Shown here in pieces: positions 15,001 to 27,064 of a stretch of 64,000 nucleotides of DNA (position 1 is the first letter of the stretch; each line of letters opens with the position of its first letter). Made by a program: the position numbers and the translations under genes. The stretch is from Neoechinorhynchus agilis (Eukaryota; Animalia; Acanthocephala), in assembly GCA_051530055.1 (NCBI GenBank), contig CM121342.1, positions 13,903,480 through 13,967,479 on the forward strand, in the 5' to 3' direction. The notes under the pieces were generated by a model. The model made no database searches and was not told where the DNA came from. It saw only the letters and a program-made list of their open reading frames with translations.

Positions 15001-18000
15001 AAACAGTAAGTAGCGGTTCTAAACCGATTCCCGATGAAGATATTGGCTCATTGAGTCTCCGAGGGAACTAGAAATTAAAGAAAAATTTAATTATGGAGTT
15101 AAATCTAAGCTTTTGCATAATCCGATGTGACACTTTCTCTTAATTATTCTAAAGTTTTATAATTTGTTAACAATACGCGGAAATGATCAAATAAAAAATA
15201 CCGGAAATCAGTCAGACGAAAACTGCAAAAAGTTTCCTTTGCTGAACATCTTTAGTGGGCAAAAATCGAACAACTTTCTAAAGGGCACCTTTAGCGTTCA
15301 TTACTAACAAACAGTAAGTAGCGGTTCTAAATTGATGCCCGATGAAGATATTGGCTCATTGAGTCTCCGAGGGAACTAGAAATTAAAGAAAAATTTAATA
15401 CTGGGGTTAGATCTAAGCTTTTGCATAATCCGATTTGACACTTTCTCTTAATTATTCTTAAAGTTTTATAATTTGTTAACAATACGCGGAAAAAATCAAA
15501 GAAAAGATACCGGAAATCAGTAAGACGCAAACTGCAAGAAGTTTCTTTTGCTGAACATCTTTAGTGGTCAAAAATCGAACAACTTTCTAAAGGGCACCTA
15601 AAGCGTCCATTAATAACAAACAGTAAGTAGCGGTTCTAAGCCGATTCCCGATGAAGATATTGGCTCATCGAGTCTTCGAGGGAACTAGAAATTAAAGAAA
15701 AATTTAATACTGGAGTTAAATCTAAGCTCTTGCATATTCCGATATGACACTTTCTCTTAATTATTCTTAGAGTTTTATAATTTGTTAATAATACGCGGAA
15801 AAGATCAAAGAAAAAATACCGGAAATCAGTCAGACGCAAACTGCAAGAAGTTTCCTTTGCTGAACATCTTTAGTGGGCAAAAATCAACTTTCTAAAGGGC
15901 ACCTAAACCTTTCATTAATAACAAGCAGTAAGTAGCGGTTCTAAACCGATGCCCGATCAAGATATTGGCTCATCGAGTCTCCGAGGGAACTAGAAATTAA
16001 AGAAAAATTTAATTTTTGAGTTAAATCTTAGCTTTTGCATAATCCGATGTGACACTTTCTCTTAATTATTGTTAAAGTTTTATAATTTGTTAACAATACG
16101 CGGAAATGATCAAAGAAAAGATACCGGAAATCAGTCAGACGCAAACTGCAAGAAGTTTCCTTTGCTGAACATGTTTAGTGGGAAAAAATCGAACAACTTT
16201 CTAAAGGGCACCTTAAGCGTCCATTAATAACAAGCAGTAAGTAGCGGTTCTAAACCGATTCCCGATGAAGATATTGGCTCATTGAGTCTCCGAGTGAACT
16301 AGAAATAAAAGAAAATTCTATAATGGTGTTAAATCTAAGCTTTTGCATAATCCGATGTGACGACTTTCAATTATTCTAGAGTTTTATAATTTGTTAACAA
16401 TACGCGGAAATGATCAAATAAAAATACCGGAAATGAGTCAGACGCAAACTGCAAGAAGTTTTGCTGAACATCTTCAGTGGGCAAAAAACGAACAACTTTC
16501 TAAAGGGTGTCTAAAGCGTTCATTACTAACAAACAGTAAGTAGCGGTTCTAAACCGATTCCCGATGAAGATATTGGCTCATTGAGTCTCCGAGGGAACTA
16601 GAAATAAAAGAAAAATTTAATAATGGAGTTAAATCTAAGCCTTTGCATAATCCGATGTGACACTTTCTCTTAACTATTCCTAAAGTTTTATAATTTGTTA
16701 ACAATACGCGGAAATGATCAAATGAAAAATGCCGGAAATCAGTTATACGCAAACTGCAAGAAGTTTCCTTTGCTGAACATCTTTAGTGGGAAAAAATCGA
16801 ACAACTTTCTAAAGGGCACCTTAAGCCTCCATTAATAACAAACAGTAAGTAGCGGTTCTAAACCGATTCCCGATGAAGATATTGGCTCATTGAGTCTCCG
16901 AGGGAACTAGAAATCAAAGAAAAATTTAATAATGGAGTTAAATCTAAGCTTTTGCATAATCCGATGTGACACTTTCAATTATTCTTAGAGTTTTATAATT
17001 TGTTAATAATACGCGGAAATGATCATATAAAATACCGGAAATGAGTCAGACGCAAACTGCAAGAAGTTTCCTTTGCTGAACATCTTCAGTGGGCAAAAAC
17101 GAACAACTTTCTAAAGGAGTCTAAAGCGTTCATTACTAACAAACAGTAAGTAGCGGTTCTAAACCGATTCCCGATGAAGATATTGGCTCATTGAGTCTCC
17201 GAGGGAACTAGAAATAAAAGAAAAATTTAATAATGGAGTTAAATCTAAGCCTTTGCATAATCCGATGTGACACTTTCTCTTAACTATTCCTAAAGTTTTA
17301 TAATTTGTTAACAATACGCGGAAATGATCAAATGAAAAATACCGGAAATCAGTTATACGCAAACTGCAAGAAGTTTCTTTGCTGAACATCTTTAGTGGGA
17401 AAAAATCGAACAACTTTCTAAAGGGCACCTTAAGCGTCCATTAATAACAAACAGTAAGTAGCGGTTCTAAACCGATTCCCGATGAAGATATTGGCTCATC
17501 GAGTCTCCGAGGGAACTAAAAATTTAAGAAAAATTTCATACTGAGCAATCTAAGCTTTTGCATAATCCGATGTGACACTTTCTCTTAATTATTCTTAAAG
17601 TTTTATAAATTTGTTAACAATACGCGGAAAAGATCAAATAAAACGCCCGAAATCAGTCAGGCGCAAACTGCAAGAAGTTTCCTTTCCTGAACATCTTTAG
17701 TGGCCAAAAATCGAACAACTTTCTATTGGGCACCTTAAGCGTCCATTAATAAAAAACAGTAAGTAGCGGTTCTAAACCGATTCCCGATGAAGATATTGGC
17801 TCATTGAGTCTCCGTGGGAACTAGAAATAAAAGAAAAATTTAATAATGGAGTTAAATCTAAGCTTTTGCATAATCCGATGTGACACTTTCTCTTAATTAT
17901 TCTTAAAGTTTTATAATTTGTTAACAATACGCGGAAAAGATCAAATAAAAATACCGGAAATCAGTCAGACGCAAACTGCAAGAAGTTTCCTTTGCTGAAC

Positions 18001-21000
18001 ATCTTTAGTGGGAAAAAATCGAACAACTTTCTAAAGGGCACCTTAAGCGTCCATTAATAACAAGCAGTAAGTAGCGGTTCTAAACCGATTCCCGATGAAG
18101 ATATTGGCTCATTGAGTCTCCGAGTGAACTAGAAATAAAAGAAAAATTTTATAATGGTGTTAAATCTAAGCTTTTGCATAATCCGATGTGACACTTTCAA
18201 TTATTCTTAGAGTTTTATAATTTGTTAACAATACGCGGAAATGATCAAATAAAAAATACCGGAAATGAGTCAGACGCAAACTGCAAGAAGTTTCCTTTCC
18301 TGAACATCTTTAGTGGGCAAAAATCGAACAACTTTCTAAAGGGCACCTTAAGCGTCCATTAATAACAAACAGTAAGTAGCGGTTCTAAACCGATTCCCGA
18401 TCAAGATATTGGCTCATCGAGTCTCCGAGGGAACTAGAAATTAAAGAAAATTTAATTTTTGAGTTAAATCTTAGCTTTTGAATAATCCGATGTGACACTT
18501 TCTCTTAGCTATTCCTAAAGTTTTATAATTTGTTAACAATACGCGGAAAAGATCAAAGAACAAATACCGGAAATTAGTCAGACGCAAACTGCAAGAAGTT
18601 TCCTTTGCTGAACATCTTAAGTGGGCAAAAATCGAACAACATTCTAAAGGGCACCTTAAGCGTCCATTAATAACAAACAGTAAGTAGCGGTTCTAAACCG
18701 ATGCCCGATGAAGATATTGGCTCATTGAGTCTCCGAGTGAACTAGAGATAAAAGAAAAATTTAATATTGGAGTTAAATCTAAGCTTTTGCATAATCCGAT
18801 GTGACACTTTCAATTATTCTTAGAGTTTTATAATTTGTTAATAATACGCGGAAATGATCAAATAAAAAAAATACCGGAAATGAGTCAGACGCAAACTGCA
18901 AGCAGTTTTGCTGAACATCTTCAGTGGGCAAAAAACGAACAACTTTCTAAAGGGAGTCTAAAAGCGTTCATTACTAACAAACAGTAAGTAGCGGTTCTAA
19001 ACCGATTCCCGATGAAGATATTGGCTCATTGAGTCTCCGAGGGAACTAGAAATAAAAAAAAAATTTTAATAATGGAGTTAAATCTAAGCCTTTGCATAAT
19101 CCGATGTGACACTTTCTCTTAACTATTCCTAAAGTTTTATAATTTGTTAACAATACGCGGAAATGATCAAATGAAAAATACCGGAAATCAGTTATACGCA
19201 AACTGCAAGAAGTTTCCTTTGCTGAACATCTTTAGTGGGAAAAAATCGAACAACTTTCTAAAGGGCACCTTAAGCGTCAATTAATAACAAACAGTAAGTT
19301 GCGGTTCTAAACCGATTCCCGATGAAGATATTGGCTCATCGAGTCTCCGAGGGAACTAAAAATTTAAGAAAAATTTCATACTGGAGTTAAATCTAAGCTT
19401 TTGCATAATCCGATGTGACACTTTCTCTTAATTATTCTTAAAGTTTTATAATTTGTTAACAATACGCGGAAAAGATCAAATAAAAATACCGGAAATCAGT
19501 CAGGCGCAAACTGCAAGAAGTTTCCTTTCCTGAACATCTTTAGTGGCCAAAAATCGAACAACTTTCTATTGGGCACCTTAAGCGTCCATTAATAAAAAAC
19601 AGTAAGTAGCGGTTCTAAACCGATTCCCGATGAAGATATTGGCTCATTGAGTCTCCGGGGGAACTAGAAATTAAAGGAGAAAAATCCTAATACAATAGTT
19701 AAATCTAAGCTTTCGCATAATCCGATGTGACACTTTCTCTTAATTATTCTTAAAGTTTTATAATTTGTTAACAATACGCGGAAATGATCAAATGAAAAAT
19801 ACCGGAAATGAGTCAGACGCAAACTGCAAGAAGTTTCCTTTCCTGAACATTTTAAGTGGGCAAAAAACGAACAACTTTCTAAAGGGCACCTAAAGCGTAA
19901 ATATCAAACAAACAGTAAGTAGCGGTTCTAAACCGATTCCCGATGAAGATATTGGCTCATTGAGTCTCCGAGGGAACTAGAAATTAAAGAAAAATTTAAT
20001 TTTTGAGTTAAATCTAAGCTTTTGAATAATCCGATGTGACACTTTCTCTTAATTATTGTTAAAGTTTTATAATTTGTTAACAATACGCGTATAATTTGTT
20101 AACAATACGCGGAAAAGATCAAATAAAAATACCGGAAATGAGTCAGACGCAAACTGCAAGAAGTTTCCATTCCTGAACATTTTAAGTGGGCAAAAATGGA
20201 ACAACTTTCTAAATTGCACCTTAAGCGTCCATTAATAACAAACAGTAAGTAGCGGTTCTAAACCGATTCCCGATGAAGATATTGGCTCATTGAGTCTCCG
20301 AGGGAACTAGAAATAGAAGAAAAATTTAATAATGGAGTTAAATCTAAGCTTTTGCATAATCCGATGTGACACTTTCAATTATTCTTAGAGTTTTATAATT
20401 TGTTAATAATACGCGGAAATGATCAAATAAAAAATACCGGAAATGAGTCAGACGCAAACTGCAAGAAGTTTCCTTTCCTGAACATTTTCAGTGGGCAAAA
20501 AACGAACAACTTTCTAAAGGGCACCTAAAGCGTTCATTACTAACAAGCAGTAAGTGGCGGTTCTAAACCGATGCCCGATGAAGATATCGACTCATTGAGT
20601 CTCCGAGGGAACTAGAAATTAAAGAAAAATTTCATACTCGAGTTAAATCTAAGCTTTTGCATAATCCGATGTGACACTTTCTCTTAATTATTGTTAAAGT
20701 TTTATAATTTGTTAATAATACGCGGAAATGATCAAATGAAAAATACCGGAAATCAGTCAGACGAAAACTGCAAGAAGTTTCCTTTGCTGAACATCTTTAG
20801 TGTGCAAAAATCGAACAACTTTCTAAAGGGCACCTAAAGCGTAAATATCAAACAAACAGTAAGTAGCGGTTCTAAACCGATGCCCGATGACGATATTGGC
20901 TCATCGAGTCTCCGAGGGAACTAGAAATTAAAGAAAAATTTAATAATGGAGTTAAATCTAAGCTTTTGCATAATCCGATGTGACACTTTCTCTTAATTAT

Positions 21001-24000
21001 TCTTAAAGTTTTATAATTTGTTAATAATACGCGGAAATGATCAAATAAAAAAATTCCGGAAATCAGTCAGACGCAAACTGCAAGAAGTTTCCTTTGCTGA
21101 ACATCTTTAGTGGCAAAAATCAAACAACTTTCTGAAGGGCACCTAAAGCGTTCATTACAAACAAACAGTAAGTGGCGGTTCTAAACCGATTCCCGATGAA
21201 GATATTGGCTCATCGAGTCTCCGAGGGAACTAGAAATTAAAGAAAAATTTAATAATGGAGTTAAATCTAAGCTTTTGCATAATCCAATGTGACACTTTCT
21301 CTTAATTATTCTTAAAGTTTTATAATTTGTTGACAATACGCGGAAATGATCAAATAAAAAATACCGGAAATGAGTCAGACGCAAACTGCAAGAAGTTTCC
21401 TTTCCTGAACATTTTCAGTGGGCAAAAAACGAACAACTTTCTAAAGGGCACCTAAAGCGTTCATTACTAACAAACAGTAAGTGGCGGTTCTAAACCGATG
21501 CCCGATGACGATATTGGCTGATTGAGTCTCCGAGGGAACAAGAAATTAAAGAAAAATTTAATTTTTGAGTTAAATCTAAGCTTTTGAATAATCCGATGTG
21601 ACACTTTCTCTTAATTATTGTTAAAGTTTTATAATTTGTTAACAATACGCGGAAATGATCAAATGAAAAATACCGGAAATCAGTCTGACGCAAACTGCAA
21701 GAAGTTTCCTTTGCTGAACATCTTTAGCGGCAAAAATCAAACAACTTTCTAAAGGGCACCTTAAGCGTCCATTACTAACAAACAGTAAGTAGCGGTTCTA
21801 AACCGATGTCCGATGAAGATATTGGCTCATCGAGTCTCCGAGGGAACTAGAAATAAAAGAAAAATTTAATAATGGAGTTAAATCTAAGCCTTTCCTATTA
21901 ATTGTGACACATTCTCTTAACTATTCCTAAAGTTTTATAATTTGTTAACAATAAGCGGAAAAGATCATATAAAATACCGGAAATCAGTTATACGCAAACT
22001 GCAAGAAGTTTCCGTTGCTGAACATCTTTAAGTGGAAAAAAATCGAACAACTTTCTAAAGGGCACCTTAAGCGTCCATTAATAACAAACAGTAAGTAGCG
22101 GTTCTAAACCGATTCCCGATGAAGATATTGGCTCATTGAATCTCCGAGGGAACTAGAAGTCTCCGAGGGAACTAGAGATTAAAGGAAAATTTCATACTGG
22201 AGTTAAATCTAAGCTTTTGCATAATCCGATGTGACACTTTCTCTTAATTATTCTTAAAGTTTTATAATTTTTTAACAATACGCGGAAATGATCGCAAAAG
22301 AAAAGATACCGGACATCAGTTAGACGCAAAACTGCAAGAAGTTTCCTTTGCTGAACATCTTTAGTGGCAAAAATCAAACAACTTTCTGAAGGGCACCTAA
22401 AGCGTCCATTACTAACAAACAGTAAGTAGCGGTTCTAAACCGATTCCCGATGAAGATATTGGCTCATCGGGTCTCCGAGGGAACTAGAAATAAAAGAAAA
22501 ATTTAATAATGGAGTTAAATCTAAGCTTTTGCATAATCCGATGTGACACTTTCTCTTAACTATTCCTAAAGTTTTATAATTTGTTAACAATAAGCGGAAA
22601 AGATCAAATAAAAATACCGGAAATCAGTTATACGAAAACTGCAAGAAGTTTCCGTTGCTGAACATCTTTAGTGGGAAAAAATCGAACAACTTTCTAAAGG
22701 GCACCTTAAGCGTCCATTAATAACAAACAGTAAGTAGCGGTTCTAAACCGATGCCCGATGAAGATATTGGCTCATCGAGTCTCCGAGGGAACTAGAAATT
22801 AAAGAAAAATTTCATACTGGAGTTAAATCTAAGCTTTTGCATAATCCGATGTGACACATTCTCTTAATTATTCTTAAAGTTTTATAATTTGTTGACAATA
22901 CGCGGAAATGATCAAATAAAAAATACCGGAAATGAGTCAGACGAAAACTGCAAGAAGTTTCCTTTGCTGAACATCTTTAGTGGCAAAAATCGAAGAACTT
23001 TCTAAAGGGCACCTAAAGCTTTCATTAATAACAAGCAGTAAGTAGCGGTTCTAAACCGATGCCCGATCAAGATATTGGCTCATCGAGTCTCCGAGGGAAC
23101 TAGAAATTAAAGAAAAATTTAATTTTTGAGTTAAATCTTAGCTTTTGCATAATCCGATGTGACACTTTCTCTTAACTATTCCTAAAGTTTTATAATTTGT
23201 TAACAATACGCGGAAATGATCAAATGAAAAATACCGGAAATCAGTTATACGCAAACTGCAAGAAGTTTCCTTTCCTGAACATCTTTAGTGGGCAAAAATC
23301 GAACAACTTTCTAAAGGGCACCTTAAGCGTCCATTAATAACAAACAGTAAGTAGCGGTTCTAAACCGATTCCCGATGAAGATATTGGCTCATTGAGTCTC
23401 CAAGGGAACTAGAAATAAAAGAAAAGTTCAATAATGGAGTTAAATCTAAGCTTTTGCATAATCCGATGTGACACTTTCTCTTAACCATTCCTAAAGTTTT
23501 ATAATTTGTTAACAATACGCAGAAATGATCAAATAAAAAAATACCGGAAATCAGTTATACGAAAACTGCAAGAAGTTTCCTTTGCTGAACATCTTTAGTG
23601 GGCAAAAATCGAACAACTTTCTAAAGGGCACCTTAAGCGTCCATTAATAACAAACAGTAAGTAGCGGTTCTAAACCGATTCCCGATGAAGATATTGGCTC
23701 ATTGAGTCTCCGAGGGAACTAGAAATAAAAGAAAAATTTAATAATGGAGTTAAATCTAAGCTTTTGCATAATCCGATGTGACATCCTCTAACTATTCTTA
23801 AAGTTTTAACACTTGTTAACAATACGCGGAAAAGATCAAATAAAAATACCGGAAATTTGCTATACGCAAACTGCACGAAGTTTCCTTTCTGAACATCTTT
23901 AGTGGGCAAAAATCGAACAACTTTCTATTGGGCACCTTAAGCGTCCATTAATAAAAAACAGTAAGTAGCGGTTCTAAACCGATGCCCGATCAAGATATTG

Positions 24001-24821
24001 GCTCATTGAGTCTCCGAGGGAACTAGAAATAAAAGAAAAATTTAATATTGGAGTTAAATCTAAGCTTTTGCATAATCCGATGTGACATTTTCTCTTAATT
24101 ATTATTAAAGTTTTATAATTTGTTAACAATACGCGGAAATGATCAAATAAAAAATACCGGAAATCAGTCAGACGAAAACTGCAAAAAGTTTCCTTTGCTG
24201 AACATCTTTAGTGGGCAAAAATCGAACAACTTTCTAAAGGGCACCTTTAGCGTTCATTACTAACAAACAGTAAGTAGCGGTTCTAAATTGATGCCCGATG
24301 AAGATATTGGCTCATTGAGTCTCCGAGGGAACTAGAAATTAAAGAAAAATTTAATACTGGGGTTAGATCTAAGCTTTTGCATAATCCGATTTGACACTTT
24401 CTCTTAATTATTCTTAAAGTTTTATAATTTGTTAACAATACGCGGAAAAAATCAAAGAAAAGATACCGGAAATCAGTAAGACGCAAACTGCAAGAAGTTT
24501 CTTTTGCTGAACATCTTTAGTGGTCAAAAATCGAACAACTTTCTAAAGGGCACCTAAAGCGTCCATTAATAACAAACAGTAAGTAGCGGTTCTAAGCCGA
24601 TTCCCGATGAAGATATTGGCTCATCGAGTCTTCGAGGGAACTAGAAATTAAAGAAAAATTTAATACTGGAGTTAAATCTAAGCTCTTGCATATTCCGATA
24701 TGACACTTTCTCTTAATTATTCTTAGAGTTTTATAATTTGTTAATAATACGCGGAAATGATCAAAGAAAAAATACCGGAAATCAGTCAGACGCAAACTGC
24801 AAGAAGTTTCCTTTGCTGAAC
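1..24821. repeat. 309-bp tandem repeat (satellite) array, about 80 units, continuing beyond the left edge of the window
   Basis: The same motif (e.g. GGGCACCTAAAGCG...GAACAACTTTCTAAA) recurs at an exact 309-nt period (ORF-track hits at 3431, 3740, 4049, 4358...). It ends abruptly at ...CTTTGCTGAAC near 24821. Confidence 0.99.
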
Positions 24822-24849
24822 AGAAATACTGTCTCTGGAAGCTGACGAG

Positions 24850-25400
24850 CTAATCTGGCTCAAGTGCGGTTGTGCCAAGCCGTATCGTGGGTAAAGCAGT
24901 GAAGTTCTTGTCTCTGTGTCCATAGTACCTTTTTAAACTGTGAACATGATCTCGCAAAGGCACTGTGGCTGATCTGTTTATAATTCGCGCATTTTCGAGA
25001 CGTTTTGGACTATTCTCGCTGTTGCGGTCCTTAGCGCAAAAGGGGCCTCGACTTGAAAAAATAATCTCTTGCACCTGAACTTTTTTCGAATTTCTTTGCG
25101 GTCGGTAGGGATGCGATGATAAGCCTGACACAATGAACGTTGACTCATAATTACCTAACGTAATATTTATTACAGATAAGTCAGAGTGTTTGCTTCGAAA
25201 TCCACGAATTGTTGAGCCAAAAAATTCCCAGCAAAGTGTATTGTGGGTTTCCCGACGAAATACGAAATTGATCTTATTCGGTGGCATTCGTCCTTCAATG
25301 TTTTCAGCCAAGGAGCAAAAAGTATAGTGCATGTTTTCTGTGGATTGGTCTGGGTTGAATGTGAGGTGGATAAGACGTTAGACATTGTTCCAATCATTCT
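24850..25400 (-). pseudogene. Degenerate Ty3/Gypsy integrase fragment
   Basis: Translated pieces HPYRPQ, RGPF and HVHSLKRY resemble integrase core and C-terminal motifs. The region is frameshifted. Confidence 0.4.
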
Positions 25401-25439
25401 CCTCCTTCATCCGGATTATCAGAACGTTTGATATTTTCA

Positions 25440-25790
25440 GCATCGCTGTTTATGAAACGTCCGAAGGTCACCCTGTCACGCTCAAACAAACGGGTTTGTG
25501 GAAATACTCATGGGACATTCAAACGTCGGATAGGAATATCCAGAGCGCCCGACACTTAGATATTCAGTACTCAGCAGGCGATCAACATAAAAAGCAGCTC
25601 ATGACGGTAAAGCTCTAATACGTGAGTTCAAGCCGTGGGAGAAGGTGTTGATAAGAGATAGCCGTCGAAGCGAGTAGTAATCCGGGTAACATTCGAAATA
25701 GAACAACATGGTCTTCTTACCAAATCGGAAACAGGGACTAGTCAAACAGAAGGCACGCTACAGATATCAAGAAAAGAATCCAGGAAACAA
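25440..25790 (+). pseudogene. Degenerate Gypsy integrase C-terminal fragment
   Basis: Reads HDGKALIREFKPWEKVLIRDSRRSE, homologous to HDGKSEIRKFDENDTVWVRDSRRNE in the Gypsy element at about 55570. Contains stops. Confidence 0.55.
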
Positions 25791-26147
25791 AGGAATCACC
25801 TGCAGGCGAGGCTTTGATACAGCAGGCGATCGATTCCGATATGCAGAGTCCGATAGGTATGGACGAACAACTGGCGTTCTTGATACCATTTTCTTGTACG
25901 GTGTCCAACTCTCGACATTTAGATAAATCGCGCGGATCAAAACGCATGAGAAAGTTTAAGGTAAATTCTATCCAATTGTTCCTTCGAGTGGATGTGTATT
26001 CTCAATGGCGAATTGTAACACACTCGAGCTTTATTATTGAACTCTTCATTGCGAATGTTCAAGGCCTCAGCCTCCATTTCAAGCATCTAAAAATGGATGT
26101 AGTGAGGATACCTAGGTTGGTAGCCTTGACTCGGGTGCGCAGGACCG

Positions 26148-26900
26148 TCAATTCCCGAGGTGATGTTTCACCACCTGCGCTGAAGTCCCATGAAGATTCC
26201 TCGTCGGAAATCTTAGAGAATTATTGTTCTTGTTCCCTTCCATTGTTTCCTCCATGTTAATGAGCAGAGATTCTTTTATCAACCTGCTTTGCAGGTTCCT
26301 CTCGGTCATCCTTGTACACCCGTTTTCAAAATCGATTCTGTGGTCGTTTTTGATAGCGTGATTGAATAAAGGTGACGGCACGTCACTTCGTCGTAGCGGA
26401 TACTCATGTTGCTTGACTCTTTTTCGCATCCCCTGTTTTTTCTGTCCAACATAGACTTGGTCGCAATCCTTACAGGTTATCGAATATACCACGCATCGAT
26501 TTTCCATAAGCTGTGATAGTTTCACTTTCAATATCCCGCTCAGTTTGGGTGGGAACCACATTCGTCGAGTTTGATTTTCTGAACAAGTATGTCAGCATGT
26601 TACTCGTCCTCGTTGAGATGATCTGAGCTCGAATGAATTTCTTCTCCAAACCGTCTCTATCATCACTTTCCGCCGTGCTCTTCGCTCTAGCCAATGCCAT
26701 CCTTGTCCTGAAGTTTTGTAAAGATGCTCTCTATGTCCTTCCTCATCACATGGACATTGCTTGCGATTTTTATGGCTCGCTTGAAGATGTTTGCTACAGC
26801 ATTGATTTTGTAAGCTTCTGCAATGGTTCGTCCCTTAGGGTATACCTGGCTTATGTAATTGCGAATCAACACATCTAAGAAACCTTTTCGTGAAATTAAG
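26148..26900 (-). mobile_element. Penelope-like retroelement remnant (RT C-terminus plus GIY-YIG endonuclease)
   Basis: VVYSITCKDCDQVYVGQ...HAIKNDHRIDFEN is a GIY-YIG motif. Upstream YKINAVANIFKRAIKIAS is typical of the PLE RT thumb. Frameshifted. Confidence 0.8.
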
Positions 26901-27064
26901 AGAAGTGCTCGAGTAAAACGCTCAATAAACGCCATCAACGCTTTCCTTCCTTTATTGATTTCGAATCTTTCTATCTCAACTTTATACATAAACATTTGTA
27001 CGAAAGTGATTCCAACTTCTACTGTAAAAAATTGTCATGAACGTTCTGAGCAATTAAAAGAAAT

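Noticed and set aside
344-24795. Repeated 67-aa ORF MRLTDFRY... as a multicopy peptide gene
   Set aside because: It starts at TTG, the variants are mostly non-synonymous, and many units are frameshifted. It simply follows from the repeated unit.
1-24821. CRISPR-like array
   Set aside because: There are no unique spacers and no cas genes, and the context is eukaryotic.
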